Source of the DNA: Candidatus Levybacteria bacterium RIFCSPHIGHO2_01_FULL_36_15b
GTDB lineage: Bacteria > Patescibacteriota > Microgenomatia > Levybacterales > UBA12049
Assembly: GCA_001782045.1 (NCBI GenBank)
Contig: MFNK01000012.1
Coordinates: forward strand, 86,890 to 150,889
DNA: 64,000 bases
Direction of reading: 5' to 3'
Positions 9,044 through 19,853 of this stretch are shown in pieces. Each line of letters opens with the position of its first letter. The first letter of the stretch is position 1. Under the pieces are notes generated by a model, which was not told where the DNA came from, did no database searches, and saw only the letters and a program-made list of their open reading frames with translations. A program made the translations under genes and the position numbers.

Positions 9044-9468
9044 AAAAAACAACAAAAGAGTTTTTTAAAATACTTGAAATAGAAGACCCTTTTGAAGTAG
9101 AAGAAAACGAGGAAGAAATTAAAATTAATGTGTCTTCCGAAAACCCTGGAATACTTATCGGATATCACGGTGAAACACTGGAATCCCTGCAATTAATACT
9201 CGCGTTATATTTATCAAAAAAACTCGGGGAATTTAAAAGAGTATCCTTAGAAGTTGGAGATTACAAAAAGAATCGAGAAGAATGGTTGAAAAAGTTGGCA
9301 GCCGATGCAAAAGAAAGAGCATTATCCGATGGCCGTGAGGTGACACTTGAGGATTTAAAAGCTTGGGAAAGAAGAATAGTGCACATGGAGCTTGCCGATG
9401 ATAAAGAAGTTATATCGGAATCTATGGGCGAAGGCAGAGAAAGAGCCCTGGTTATTAGGCCAAGATAA
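9013..9468 (+). CDS. jag: Jag/KhpB-like RNA-binding protein (KH + R3H).
   Basis: GILIGYHGETLESLQ (KH-like) and C-terminal RRIVHMEL (R3H-like). Conserved position after yidC. Confidence 0.8.
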   Translation: MDAKSMEAKIKKTTKEFFKILEIEDPFEVEENEEEIKINVSSENPGILIGYHGETLESLQLILALYLSKKLGEFKRVSLEVGDYKKNREEWLKKLAADAKERALSDGREVTLEDLKAWERRIVHMELADDKEVISESMGEGRERALVIRPR

Positions 9469-10717
9469 ACCAAGTCTTTTTCTTTTTTATCTACTTTTAT
9501 TTTTTTTACCAACTCAGCTTGGGAAACACTTTTGGGCAGATTTCTCTACTATTCAAGGGCTAAGAATTGACTACCTATCCCCCACTTTATATCTAACAGA
9601 CATTTTAATATTTGCCTTATTTTTACTATCTGTAAAAAAATTACTACCCCTGCTTTTTAAATATAAAAAAAACATGAGTTTACTTTTTATATTTATTTTA
9701 AGTGTCTTTTTAGGAATCTTAAATTCAAAAAACCCATCCGCAGGAACTTATGGACTAATTAAGGTTTTAGAATTTATTTTTTTAGGAACTTACATTTATT
9801 TTAATAAAAAAGCCTTAAGCCTAAAATTAATAGCACTTGCTTTTTCCACAGGAATAATTTTTGAAAGCTTACTTGCTGCACTTCAGTACTTAAACCATGG
9901 TTCGTTTCAGGGAATATTTTATTTTTTTGGAGAAAGAAACTTTAATACAAATACGCCGGGGATTGCAAACGCTTCAATAAACGGACAATTAGTTCTTCGT
10001 CCTTATGGAACCTTTTCGCACCCAAATGCGTTGGGAGGTTATTTAGTAATTGCATTAATGCTTTGTGCGTTTTCTGCAAAAAAAATAAATAGATTTTTCA
10101 TTCCGGTATTTATTCTTGCAGCTCTTGGAATATTTGTTTCTTTTTCAAGAACTGCTTTTATTGCATCTATAGTTTTTATTATTTTTTTCTTTCTAATTTC
10201 TGTTTACGAAAAATATAAGAAAGGCAAAACAAATAAGCCTTCTATAAAGCAAGTCTTTCTTATTCTTGCACTAATTTCCTTCCTACTGGTTACATTGTCG
10301 CTAAACTTATTTTCGCAAAGAATTTTTAACATAAATTTTAAAGACGAGTCTGTAGTTATGCGTACTAAGTTAATAGACCAATCGATAAATATGATAAGTA
10401 CCAATCCGGTACTTGGAGTAGGAATAAATAATTTTTATAATAATTTGGATTATAAATATAATAGTCCATCTACCATTCAGCCCGTTCACAATATCTTTTT
10501 TCTTACACTCTCGGAAACAGGATTAGTAGGAATTTTATTTTTAATTTTTATCCTTTTAAAACCGGTAAGAAATTTAAAGAATGGCGCTATTATTTTGGTA
10601 ATTTTAATTTTGGGTAGCCTTGACCACTATTTATTTACCCAACAACAAGGGCAACTTCTTTTTACTGTAACTATTTCTCTTCTTCTGTCCAATAAGCTTT
10701 CTGCTAAAATAAATTAG
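9392..10717 (+). CDS. O-antigen ligase (Wzy_C)-family polytopic membrane protein.
   Basis: About 10-12 TM helices with a large loop typical of O-antigen ligase/WaaL-like proteins. The annotated start overlaps jag by 77 nt, so the true start may be further downstream. Confidence 0.5.
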   Translation: MPMIKKLYRNLWAKAEKEPWLLGQDKPSLFLFYLLLFFLPTQLGKHFWADFSTIQGLRIDYLSPTLYLTDILIFALFLLSVKKLLPLLFKYKKNMSLLFIFILSVFLGILNSKNPSAGTYGLIKVLEFIFLGTYIYFNKKALSLKLIALAFSTGIIFESLLAALQYLNHGSFQGIFYFFGERNFNTNTPGIANASINGQLVLRPYGTFSHPNALGGYLVIALMLCAFSAKKINRFFIPVFILAALGIFVSFSRTAFIASIVFIIFFFLISVYEKYKKGKTNKPSIKQVFLILALISFLLVTLSLNLFSQRIFNINFKDESVVMRTKLIDQSINMISTNPVLGVGINNFYNNLDYKYNSPSTIQPVHNIFFLTLSETGLVGILFLIFILLKPVRNLKNGAIILVILILGSLDHYLFTQQQGQLLFTVTISLLLSNKLSAKIN

Positions 10718-10722
10718 TACTT

Positions 10723-11145
10723 ATGTCCAGTATTTTTGTTTATACAGATGGCGGCGCCAGAGGAAATCCGGGGCCTTCGGCATTAGGGGTTTATATCGAA
10801 GACGATAAGGGTACTCCCCTTTTTTCCTTGGGTAAAAGACTCGGAGAAACGACTAACAATATTGCAGAATATTCAGCAATAGTTGAAGCATTTAATTGGT
10901 TAATTGAAAACAAAGGCATGCTGGGAAAGAACTGTAAAATTTATTTTTATATGGACTCACTTTTGGCATACTCGCATATTAAAAAAATTTATAAGATAAA
11001 AAATGAAAAACTAAAAGAGTTAATATTTACAATATGGGAAAAAGAAAAAATACTCGGACTTTCAGTTTCTTATAATCATGTAAGAAGAGAGGGAAACAAG
11101 AAAGCTGACGCCCTTGTAAATCTTGCTCTTGATAATCTAATTTAA
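10723..11145 (+). CDS. rnhA: Ribonuclease HI.
   Basis: VYTDGGARGNPGPSALG and a C-terminal REGNKKADALVN, the catalytic D/E/D pattern of RNase H type 1. Confidence 0.8.
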   Translation: MSSIFVYTDGGARGNPGPSALGVYIEDDKGTPLFSLGKRLGETTNNIAEYSAIVEAFNWLIENKGMLGKNCKIYFYMDSLLAYSHIKKIYKIKNEKLKELIFTIWEKEKILGLSVSYNHVRREGNKKADALVNLALDNLI

Positions 11146-11148
11146 CAA

Positions 11149-13833
11149 ATGAGAGGATCTGCCCTAATTACAACAGAAAGTAAAAACCAACTGCCGGTTT
11201 TAATTGTTGATAAGGTAGGAATTATTGGAGAGTCTCTTGCAGAAAATATAAAACAAGAATCTCTAGTAATTCTTGTAAGCGGGAAAACAGTTGTTGATCC
11301 AAATATCCTTCATGTACCCTACGATAAAAAAATTCCTGTTATACCCGATAACACCTACTCCCATATTTTTTTAATTGATGAAGACGGAGCATTTTTAAAA
11401 AATTTGATCCCGCCATTTATTAAAAAGGCCAAACACGATGATTCAGTTTTTAGTTTGGTTTTAAAAAAAGGAATCATCCAAAAAGATTTCGAACAAAGCC
11501 TTTTTTCTTCTTACAGCAAAATTAAGTTAATAATAACCGGTGATATCTTTGCCAAAGATTTTATATTCGATAGTAAAACAGACATAAATCGTTTTATTAA
11601 GGAAGTAAAAGATAATAAAAAAATTGAAATACCGGGTGATGGAACAAGTGAAACCCTGCCTGTTTTCTTAGAAGATGTTACATGGGGTATTTTACAAGCG
11701 GGCTTTATAGAAGAAAAAAATGAAGTTTTCTTAATATATCCCCAAGGGGCATTTACTCTACTTTCAGTAGCAAGAATATTTCAAAAAATTGATCCAAATA
11801 TAAAAATAGACTTCATAAGAGAAGACAAAATTCGTAAGGCTTTAGAAATAGAAGAAGGAAAAAATCTTCTCGATGAAAACTATGATTTAGAATCTAAAAT
11901 AAAGCAAATTGAATTTGGAAAAGAGAAATTTGAGGAGATAAGAAGGGAAGAAGAGCATAACAGAAGCTTTGAGTTTTCTCTTCCTACAGGATTAAATAAA
12001 ATTTTCTTAGCATGCCTACTAACTATTTTTTTGGTTCTTTTAATGCCGATTATTTTTACATTCGGACTGGCAGGTTTTGGAGGATTACTTTTGCAGGGAG
12101 CAATAAGTCAAGCAGAAGCGGGAAAACTTGAGTCTGCTAAAAACTTTGTAAGCGTTTCTTATTATGCATTTTTTCTTTCGGAGAGTTCCTTTGCTTTAGT
12201 TGAAAAAGAGGCAAGAATAGTAGGTATTGAAAATAAGTTGACTGGAATGCGCTCTAAATTGGAGCTGGGAAAGGAAACTTCATTTACTGTTTTAAATCTT
12301 TTTGAAGGCATAAAAAATTTGGAGAAGATTTTAACAGGTTCATCCGGGTCTTCGGAAAAGGAATTTAACAGAATTACAAATGATATTAAATCTGCTCTTG
12401 TATATTATCAAAAACAAAAAGAAGCAGGTGGTTTACCAGCCTCCTTAACTAAAAATTTGGATGATATTGTAGCTATTTCCTCAGCCACAATTGAGAGTTG
12501 GCCTGAATTATTCGGTTTTAAGGGGGAGAGGAAATACTTAATTCTTTTACAAAACAATATGGAGCTTCGGCCAGGGGGAGGATTTATCGGTTCCTTTGCG
12601 CTTGCCACTTTAAACAAAGGAAAGCTAAGTAATTTTAAAATATATGATGTATATGATGCAGACGGACAATTAAAAGGCCACATTGAGCCGCCTTTTGTAA
12701 TAAGAAGATATTTAAATTCTCCAAACTGGTATTTAAGAGACAGCAACTTTGATATTGATTTTTCAAAAAGCGCACAAGCGTCTGCGGTTTTTCTTCTTTC
12801 CGAATTAAAGCAACCCGTAGACGGAGTTGTTGCAGTAGATTTATCTTTTGCAAGAAATTTACTTGAGGCAGTCGGAGAAGTTAAGGTAGTAGATTATAAT
12901 GAAACTGTATCCTCCAATAATCTTTTTCAAGTAACTCAAGAAAAAGTTGAAGCAAAATTTTTCCCGGGCTCTACTCAAAAAAAAGACTTTCTTAAAAGCC
13001 TTTATAATTCAATAGAAAATAAAATATCGGCCGATAAGACAATCTCGTACTTAAATGTTTTGCAAAGCTTAGTAAGATCAATTTCTGAAAAACACATCTT
13101 GCTTGCGTTTAATAAACCAAATATAGAAGCCCTATTTTCTGTTAATGGTTGGGGAGGTAGCCTATTTGATGACAGAGAAAGCTCACCCACTTCTATAAAT
13201 GATTTTGTTGGAATTAATGAGGCAAATTTTGGAGCCAATAAAGTTAATTATTATGTTTCAAGAAGTATGAGTTTGAATGTTTCAATAAAAGATAATGGAC
13301 AGGTAGAGAATACCATAAAAATTAGTTATAAAAATAATGCTCCTAAAAATTCAGGTACAAAAGGATTATATAAAAACTATCTAAGACTAATTTTACCCAA
13401 AGGCGCAACGCTCACAAAAATAGAAGTCGATGGAGTAGCGCAAAAATTAATAAATGCTATAACGGAGCCAAATCTTTATGAAGCAAAAAATTTCAAACCA
13501 CCTGTAGGGCTTGAAATTAGCAAAGAAGAATTAGTAAATAAATCTGTATTTGGATTTTTAGTAAATATAGAACCTGAAGCTTTAAAAAATATAGTTGTCA
13601 CATACAACATAAATAAAAAATTTGATATGAAAGAGGCAAGTCTTTCTTATAGTTTAAAAATCTATAAACAGCCTGGCATTGACACGATTCCATTTGGGGT
13701 GGTATTGAATATACCCGCAAACCTAAATGTAGTAGATTATCCAAAAAGTGCAATAATTAAAGAAAAAGCAGTAATTGTTTCAGAAAACATTGTAAAAGAT
13801 ACAACCCTTAATTTTTCTATTTCAAAGAAATGA
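11149..13833 (+). CDS. Large membrane-anchored protein, DUF4012-like.
   Basis: 894 aa with an N-terminal cytoplasmic domain, one TM helix around residue 290 and a large external domain containing ELRPGGGFIGSFA. The DUF4012 attribution is recalled from memory and is unverified. Confidence 0.45.
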   Translation: MRGSALITTESKNQLPVLIVDKVGIIGESLAENIKQESLVILVSGKTVVDPNILHVPYDKKIPVIPDNTYSHIFLIDEDGAFLKNLIPPFIKKAKHDDSVFSLVLKKGIIQKDFEQSLFSSYSKIKLIITGDIFAKDFIFDSKTDINRFIKEVKDNKKIEIPGDGTSETLPVFLEDVTWGILQAGFIEEKNEVFLIYPQGAFTLLSVARIFQKIDPNIKIDFIREDKIRKALEIEEGKNLLDENYDLESKIKQIEFGKEKFEEIRREEEHNRSFEFSLPTGLNKIFLACLLTIFLVLLMPIIFTFGLAGFGGLLLQGAISQAEAGKLESAKNFVSVSYYAFFLSESSFALVEKEARIVGIENKLTGMRSKLELGKETSFTVLNLFEGIKNLEKILTGSSGSSEKEFNRITNDIKSALVYYQKQKEAGGLPASLTKNLDDIVAISSATIESWPELFGFKGERKYLILLQNNMELRPGGGFIGSFALATLNKGKLSNFKIYDVYDADGQLKGHIEPPFVIRRYLNSPNWYLRDSNFDIDFSKSAQASAVFLLSELKQPVDGVVAVDLSFARNLLEAVGEVKVVDYNETVSSNNLFQVTQEKVEAKFFPGSTQKKDFLKSLYNSIENKISADKTISYLNVLQSLVRSISEKHILLAFNKPNIEALFSVNGWGGSLFDDRESSPTSINDFVGINEANFGANKVNYYVSRSMSLNVSIKDNGQVENTIKISYKNNAPKNSGTKGLYKNYLRLILPKGATLTKIEVDGVAQKLINAITEPNLYEAKNFKPPVGLEISKEELVNKSVFGFLVNIEPEALKNIVVTYNINKKFDMKEASLSYSLKIYKQPGIDTIPFGVVLNIPANLNVVDYPKSAIIKEKAVIVSENIVKDTTLNFSISKK

Positions 13834-14439
13834 CTCAATAAAATCAGCTTTGGTCTTTCTAATATATCTTCCATGCTCAATTAGTAAATTTGTAATTTCA
13901 AACCAAATTTTCTTATCAAATAAATTCATTAGATCTTTTTCTATTTTTTCAGGACTCTTCTCTTTGCTAAATCCATACTTTTGTGAAAGCCTAGATACAT
14001 GTGTATCAACGGCAACACCTTCAAATATAAAGTATGCATTTCCTAAAACAACATTTGCAGTTTTTCTTCCTACTCCAGGAAGCAGCGTTAACTCGGAGAT
14101 AGTCTTTGGAATTTTGCCGTTGTAGTCTTTAAGAATTATTTTTGCCGCTGCTTTTACGTTTTTTGCTTTAGTCTTATAAAGTCCAATTTGTTTAATATCG
14201 TTTTCAAGGACTTTTAAATTAACATTCGCAAAATTTTCTATTTCCACCTGCTCATTCTTTCCTCTATGTTTAGGAAAAAGGTTCGCAGTAGTTTTGTTCA
14301 CTTGTACATCAGTTGTTTGAGCTGAAAGCATAACTGCAACAAGAAGCTCAAAATTATTTTTGTAATTTAAGACAATTTTTGCTTTTGGGTAATGCTTTTT
14401 AAGAAGGTTAAAAATTTTGTAGGCTCGTTTCTTATTCAT
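13822..14439 (-). CDS. nth: Endonuclease III-like HhH-GPD DNA glycosylase lacking the C-terminal 4Fe-4S cysteine cluster.
   Basis: LSAQTTDVQVN and a HhH motif LLPGVGRKTANVVL. No Cys cluster at the C-terminus. Confidence 0.7.
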   Translation of the reverse strand: MNKKRAYKIFNLLKKHYPKAKIVLNYKNNFELLVAVMLSAQTTDVQVNKTTANLFPKHRGKNEQVEIENFANVNLKVLENDIKQIGLYKTKAKNVKAAAKIILKDYNGKIPKTISELTLLPGVGRKTANVVLGNAYFIFEGVAVDTHVSRLSQKYGFSKEKSPEKIEKDLMNLFDKKIWFEITNLLIEHGRYIRKTKADFIESFL

Positions 14440-16515
14440 AAGAAGTTATTATATAATAAAGTAGTGAACGAAGAGAACACATATAAGAATTGGGAGAAGA
14501 ATGGATATTTTAAACCCGAGTTAAATCCAGATGGGAAACCATTTTCAATAATTCTACCACCCCCAAATGCAAATGCACCACTTCACTTTGGCCATGCAAT
14601 GTATACGGTTGAGGACATTCTTATTAGATTCCACAGATTATTAGGAGATAAGACGCTTTGGCTTCCGGGATCAGATCATGCTGGATTTGAAACACAATTT
14701 GTTTTTGAAAAGAAACTACATGAAGAAGGGAAGTCGCGTTTTGATTATGATCGAGAAACTCTTTATAAAATGATTTGGAGTTTTGTAGAAGAAAATAGAC
14801 CAATAATGGAAAATCAGCTCAGAAGACTAGGTTTCTCTCTAGATTTTTCAAGAAAAAAATTTACCCTAGATGAAGATATTGTAAAAATAGTTTATAAAAC
14901 ATTTAAAAAACTTTATGACGATGGATTGGTTTACAGAGCAGAAAGACTAGTTAATTATTGCACGTTCGACGGAACCAGCTTTTCCGATCTTGAGGTAATT
15001 TATGAAGAAAGAAAAACACCTCTTTATTACATTAAATACGGACCATTAACTTTAGCTACAACAAGGCCGGAGACAAAATTCGGCGACACGGCTGTTGCAG
15101 TTAATCCAAGCGATTCGCGTTACCAAAAATATATAGGAAAGGAAATTGAGATTGAAACTGTTTTGGGTAAAGCAAAATTAAAAGTAATTGCAGATGAAAT
15201 GGTAGATAAAGAATTTGGAACAGGAGTTGTAAAGATAACCCCCGCTCATGATTTTGAGGACTTTGAAGTTTCTACAAGGCACAATTTACCCATGGTTCAG
15301 GTTATAGATTACTCAGGCAAAATGAATAAAAAGGCAGGAAAGTTTGAGGGTATGTATGCAAAACAAGCTAGAGCAGAAATAGTTTCCGAAATGCAAAAAA
15401 AAGGATTAATAGAAAGAATAGATGAAGATTATGTTCATAGGGTTGGTGTTTGTTATAAATGTAAAAACCCGATTGAGCCCTTACCCCTTGAACAGTGGTT
15501 TATAAAAATGAAGCCTCTTGCAAAATCAGCAATAGAAGCTGTTAAAAAAGGCGATATTAAAATCTATCCCAAAAACTTTGAAAAGTTGTATTTTCAGTTT
15601 TTGGAAAATATTAAAGACTGGAATATATCAAGACAAATTGTTTGGGGAACAAGGATTCCTGCTTGGAAAAATAATAAAACAGGAGAGTGGGTAGTTACAG
15701 AAGGGGAGGCGCCAAAAGGCAATTTTGAACAAGACTCAGACACTTTCGATACATGGTTCTCATCGGGTCAATGGCCATTTGCGACTCTTTCTACAACTAA
15801 AGACTTAGAATTTTATCCAACTTCTGTTATGGAAACCGGTTATGATATTCTACGTTGGTGGGTGGCTAGAATGATAATGCTGGGCATTTACATGACAGGA
15901 AAGCCTCCATTTAAAGATGTTTTGCTTCATGGTCTGGTAAACGATCCCTTAGGCAAAAAAATGAGCAAGAGTAAGGGAAACGTCATAAATCCTATTGAGC
16001 TGGTTGAAGAATATGGGGCCGATACAGTACGCTTCGCTCTTATTTACGGAAACGCTACTGGAAACGATCAGGTTTTATCATATCCAAAACTTGAAGCAGC
16101 AAAAAAATTTATTAATAAAATTAGAAACATAAGTAGATATGTTTTGGAAATGAAACCAAATGATACAAAAGAAAACCCGCAATTAAATGATGATGATAAA
16201 AAAGTACTTGAGAATTTAGACAAGCTAGTAGCTGAGGTAACAAAAGGGATAGAAAAATATGATTTTAATTTTGCATTAAATAACCTTTATGAGTTTATTT
16301 GGCATTACTTTGCAGATTTATATATTGAAAGTTCAAAAACCCGAAGAGGAGAAGCACAACCCGTGCTAGAGCAGGTTTTAAAAACTTCAATTATTCTACT
16401 TCATCCATTTATGCCTTTTGTAACAGAGGAAATTTACCAAAAATTCCCAAAACGCTTAGATTCTATAATGATTGAGAAGTGGCCTAAGTCAAGTGTCAAA
16501 AAAAACATCTTCTAA
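14392..16515 (+). CDS. valS: Valine--tRNA ligase (short form without the long C-terminal coiled coil).
   Basis: PPPNANAPLHFGHA (HIGH) and KMSKSKGNVI (KMSKS), a ValRS-like N-terminus. The likely true start is the in-frame GTG at 14464, which avoids the overlap with nth. Confidence 0.85.
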   Translation: MLFKKVKNFVGSFLIHKKLLYNKVVNEENTYKNWEKNGYFKPELNPDGKPFSIILPPPNANAPLHFGHAMYTVEDILIRFHRLLGDKTLWLPGSDHAGFETQFVFEKKLHEEGKSRFDYDRETLYKMIWSFVEENRPIMENQLRRLGFSLDFSRKKFTLDEDIVKIVYKTFKKLYDDGLVYRAERLVNYCTFDGTSFSDLEVIYEERKTPLYYIKYGPLTLATTRPETKFGDTAVAVNPSDSRYQKYIGKEIEIETVLGKAKLKVIADEMVDKEFGTGVVKITPAHDFEDFEVSTRHNLPMVQVIDYSGKMNKKAGKFEGMYAKQARAEIVSEMQKKGLIERIDEDYVHRVGVCYKCKNPIEPLPLEQWFIKMKPLAKSAIEAVKKGDIKIYPKNFEKLYFQFLENIKDWNISRQIVWGTRIPAWKNNKTGEWVVTEGEAPKGNFEQDSDTFDTWFSSGQWPFATLSTTKDLEFYPTSVMETGYDILRWWVARMIMLGIYMTGKPPFKDVLLHGLVNDPLGKKMSKSKGNVINPIELVEEYGADTVRFALIYGNATGNDQVLSYPKLEAAKKFINKIRNISRYVLEMKPNDTKENPQLNDDDKKVLENLDKLVAEVTKGIEKYDFNFALNNLYEFIWHYFADLYIESSKTRRGEAQPVLEQVLKTSIILLHPFMPFVTEEIYQKFPKRLDSIMIEKWPKSSVKKNIF

Positions 16516-16891
16516 AATTAAATCAGGCATACAATTCCCGAGTAATTACCGAGTAATTACCGAAAGAGGCATATCGTTTTTATCTTTAATAGCAATTTTA
16601 ATCCTGATTTTACTTATTTTTTTGCTTTCTTTTAACCTTATTCAAGATTATCAGGAATACAGAAAGATATCGTTAGAAAGACAAAATATAAATGTAAAAA
16701 TTAATTCATGGAGCTCGATTTTGGATAAATTTCCGGGGTATTCGGACGCAAGTTTTAATATGGCAGTATTATATTACCAGCTAAATGATTTTGAAAAAGC
16801 TAAAACTTATTTGGATAAAACTTTAATTTTTGATCCAAATTATCCTCAGGCACAGAAACTCGGCAGCGAGCTTAAAAAAAGAGGTTTTTAA
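16472..16891 (+). CDS. Hypothetical membrane protein with a TPR-like C-terminal segment.
   Basis: One TM helix (LSLIAILILILLIFLL). The start is uncertain because the ORF overlaps the valS end by 44 nt. Confidence 0.35.
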   Translation: MRSGLSQVSKKTSSKIKSGIQFPSNYRVITERGISFLSLIAILILILLIFLLSFNLIQDYQEYRKISLERQNINVKINSWSSILDKFPGYSDASFNMAVLYYQLNDFEKAKTYLDKTLIFDPNYPQAQKLGSELKKRGF

Positions 16892-17625
16892 CCTTCTTGG
16901 GGTTTTTCTTCAGGAGTTTTTTCAGCTTCTTCCGCCGCGGGTTTTTCTTCGGCGGGTATTTCTCCTTCAACAGGCTCTTTAGCTTCGCCTTCGGCACCCT
17001 CAACAACTTCGCCTTCGGCTTTTGCAGCTTCAGCTGCGGCAGCTTCTTCCGCTGCTTGCTCTAGGGCTTCTTTGGAGACCAATTCTTCTATCTTTGCAAC
17101 CAACTGATTAGCGTCGGATAAAATCGTAACCCCCTCTGGTGCTTTTAAGTCAGAAACTGCAATTTGCTCATCAATTTGAGCTAAATACTCGACATTTACC
17201 TGTATGTTTTCAGGTAAATCTGAAGGAAGCGCTTCTACTTCCACCTCATTTGTAATTTCCATTAAAATTCCGATTTTTTCAACTACTGCCTTGGGTTCTC
17301 CTACAAATTCTAGCGGAACATTCGCTTTTACTTTTTCTTTAAGATTTACTTGGAAAAAATCTGCATGCAATACATTTCCTCTAAAATCTTTATATACGTT
17401 TTGAATTAAAACCGGAATCGTTTTTCCTTCAAGATCCAAATCTACTAAGGTTGTTTCTCCGCTTTCCTTATATACATCCATAAATTCTTTCGTAGGAGCC
17501 TGAACTGCAGTCGATTTAACCTCTTTTCCATAAACGTTGCCAGGAGTTATGCCATCACGTCGCAGTTTTTTAACTTTTTTACCTAGGATTTTTCTTTTTT
17601 CTACTTTGAGTTTTGAATGCTTCAC
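16888..17625 (-). CDS. rplY: 50S ribosomal protein L25 / general stress protein Ctc with an acidic Ala/Glu-rich C-terminal tail.
   Basis: N-terminus MKHSKLKVEKRKILGKKVKKLRRDGITPGNVYGK is typical of bL25. The tail EAAEEAAAAEAAKAEGEV is low-complexity. Confidence 0.85.
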   Translation of the reverse strand: MKHSKLKVEKRKILGKKVKKLRRDGITPGNVYGKEVKSTAVQAPTKEFMDVYKESGETTLVDLDLEGKTIPVLIQNVYKDFRGNVLHADFFQVNLKEKVKANVPLEFVGEPKAVVEKIGILMEITNEVEVEALPSDLPENIQVNVEYLAQIDEQIAVSDLKAPEGVTILSDANQLVAKIEELVSKEALEQAAEEAAAAEAAKAEGEVVEGAEGEAKEPVEGEIPAEEKPAAEEAEKTPEEKPQEG

Positions 17626-17689
17626 AATAATCTATTTTACATTAAAACAAAGCTTATGGCAAGCTCGCTTGAGGTGATATAATTAAACT

Positions 17690-18178
17690 GTGAAGATATT
17701 GGGAATTGATCCTGGAATTGCCAGATGCGGATGGGCTATAGTAGAATCTCAAAATTCAAAAATACAGGTATTAGGCTATGGTTGCATAGAAACAAGCCCA
17801 AAAAGCTTAATCGAAGAAAGACTTGAGCAGGTTTACTTACAAGTTTCAAAAATTATCAAAACCTATAAACCGGGAGTTTTATCTATTGAAGAGCTTTTTT
17901 TTAGTTCTAATGCAAAAACAGCTTTTGTAGTAGGTCAAGCAAGGGGAGTCGTGCTTCTTGCAGCAAGTCAAAATAGGCTTAAAACTGCCATATATACGCC
18001 CTTGCAGGTTAAACTTGCGGTAACGGGTTATGGCAGGGCGGAAAAAAAACAGGTTGAGGATATGGTAAAAATACTTCTTAAATTAAAAACAGCCCCAAAA
18101 CTTGATGATACTTCTGATGCTTTAGCAGTTGCCATCACGCACGCTTTTTCCCAAAAGTACGAAAAATACACAAAATAG
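17690..18178 (+). CDS. ruvC: Crossover junction endodeoxyribonuclease RuvC.
   Basis: ILGIDPGIARCGWAIVE at the N-terminus with the catalytic Asp, followed by ruvA-ruvB. Confidence 0.9.
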   Translation: MKILGIDPGIARCGWAIVESQNSKIQVLGYGCIETSPKSLIEERLEQVYLQVSKIIKTYKPGVLSIEELFFSSNAKTAFVVGQARGVVLLAASQNRLKTAIYTPLQVKLAVTGYGRAEKKQVEDMVKILLKLKTAPKLDDTSDALAVAITHAFSQKYEKYTK

Positions 18179-18201
18179 CTTGTGCTATAATCAGCTAAAT
18201 T

Positions 18202-18774
18202 ATGATTGGTTCGTTAAACGGTAAGGTTGATTTACTTCAAAGACCTAATGCAATAATTGATGTTAACGGCGTTGGCTACAAAGTTTTAGTAGCTGATAGT
18301 GTTTATAAAAAGCTTACGGTCGGGGATAAGCTCAAAATTTTCACATACACATATGTAAGAGAAGATGCTTTAGATCTTTTTGGATTCTTAGAAATAGAGG
18401 ATTTAAAACTTTTCGAAAGCTTAATTACTGTTTCGGGAATTGGCCCAAAAACTGCATTAAACATTTTTTCCTTCGGGGAACGAAAAGATATTATTGAAGC
18501 AATTGTTAAAGGTGACGCTTTATTTTTTACATCTGTTCCAAGACTTGGAACAAAAAATGCGCAAAAAATAATAATTGAACTTAAAAACAAGATGGGAGGA
18601 GACGGAATAGTTGATTTATCGGGCAAGGATTTAATAGAGAACATAGAAGCGGTAGAGGCTTTGAAAAACTTCGGTTTTAGCGCAAACGAGGCACAAAAAG
18701 CATTGAGGGGCTTAAGCTCGGGACTTTCTACAGAAGATAAAATCAAGCAGGCGCTTAAATCTTTAGGAAGGTAA
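18202..18774 (+). CDS. ruvA: Holliday junction branch migration protein RuvA.
   Basis: 190 aa with HhH motifs ([11 protein letters not shown]). Conserved ruvCAB order. Confidence 0.9.
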   Translation: MIGSLNGKVDLLQRPNAIIDVNGVGYKVLVADSVYKKLTVGDKLKIFTYTYVREDALDLFGFLEIEDLKLFESLITVSGIGPKTALNIFSFGERKDIIEAIVKGDALFFTSVPRLGTKNAQKIIIELKNKMGGDGIVDLSGKDLIENIEAVEALKNFGFSANEAQKALRGLSSGLSTEDKIKQALKSLGR

Positions 18775-18775
18775 A

Positions 18776-19852
18776 ATGGCAAAAGACAAAAAAACAACAA
18801 TTGAAAAAGTCCATTCGGCAGGTTCGACAAGCTCACTGCAAGCCGGCTCTGGACAAGAAACTCCGGAAGAAGAAGTTTTGTTTACATCCTTGCGGGCTTC
18901 CGTATGGGACGAATTTTATGGCCAAAAAAACGTAAAACAGGCATTAAACATTGCAATTTCCGCCGCTAAAAAAAGAAAAGAACCAATAGAGCATATTTTG
19001 CTATATGGGCCTCCCGGCCTTGGAAAAACTACACTATCACACTTAATTGCAAAAGAAATGAATGTAAACATTAGAGTAACATCTGGACCTGCAATTGAGC
19101 GAGCCGGGGATTTAGCCTCCATCTTAACCAATTTGGAAAAGGGCGATATACTTTTTATCGACGAAGTACATAGGTTAAACAAGGTAGTTGAAGAAACACT
19201 TTATCCTGCAATGGAAGACTATGCGCTAGATATTATTATAGGCAAAGGACCATCTGCGCGCACGTTAAGGTTGGATCTTCCCCAGTTTACAATAATAGGC
19301 GCGACAACAAGGATTGGATTGATGTCAGCGCCCCTTAGAGACCGTTTTGGAGTAATTCACAGGCTTGCTTTTTATGAGCCGGATGAGCTTTTTGAAATTA
19401 TAAGAAAAGGAGCATTAAAGTTAAAGACTAAAATAGATAAAGATTCTATTGCAGAAATTGCAGCTAGAGCAAGGGGTACGCCTAGAATAGCACTTAAGAT
19501 ACTAAAGCGAATAAGAGATTTTGCTCAAGTCCACTCAACTGGCGAAATCACCAAAGACATTACGGATAAAGCCCTAAAAATGCTCGATGTAGACTCTGTG
19601 GGATTGGATAACAGCGATATTAGATATCTAAAAGCAATAATTGATAAGCATGGAGGAGGACCTGTTGGAGTTGAGACACTGGCCTCAACAATAAGCGAGG
19701 ACACAGGAACAATAGAAGAAGTAATAGAGCCATATTTGCTTCAAATAGGCTTTCTTAAAAAAGCACCTAGAGGAAGGCTTGCAACCCCAGCTGCATATAA
19801 GCACTTAGGAATCGATTTGCCAAAATCCTCAAAACAGCAAAAACTCATCTAG
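18776..19852 (+). CDS. ruvB: Holliday junction branch migration ATPase RuvB.
   Basis: Walker [11 protein letters not shown], Walker [10 protein letters not shown] and the RuvB C-terminal winged helix. Confidence 0.95.
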   Translation: MAKDKKTTIEKVHSAGSTSSLQAGSGQETPEEEVLFTSLRASVWDEFYGQKNVKQALNIAISAAKKRKEPIEHILLYGPPGLGKTTLSHLIAKEMNVNIRVTSGPAIERAGDLASILTNLEKGDILFIDEVHRLNKVVEETLYPAMEDYALDIIIGKGPSARTLRLDLPQFTIIGATTRIGLMSAPLRDRFGVIHRLAFYEPDELFEIIRKGALKLKTKIDKDSIAEIAARARGTPRIALKILKRIRDFAQVHSTGEITKDITDKALKMLDVDSVGLDNSDIRYLKAIIDKHGGGPVGVETLASTISEDTGTIEEVIEPYLLQIGFLKKAPRGRLATPAAYKHLGIDLPKSSKQQKLI

Positions 19853-19853
19853 C

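Noticed and set aside
9392-9673. Alternative later start (MSLLFIFIL, about 9674) for the O-antigen-ligase-like gene, to remove the 77-nt overlap with jag.
   Set aside because: That start would delete the first predicted TM helices, and no better-supported start was evident, so the tracked coordinates are kept with low confidence.
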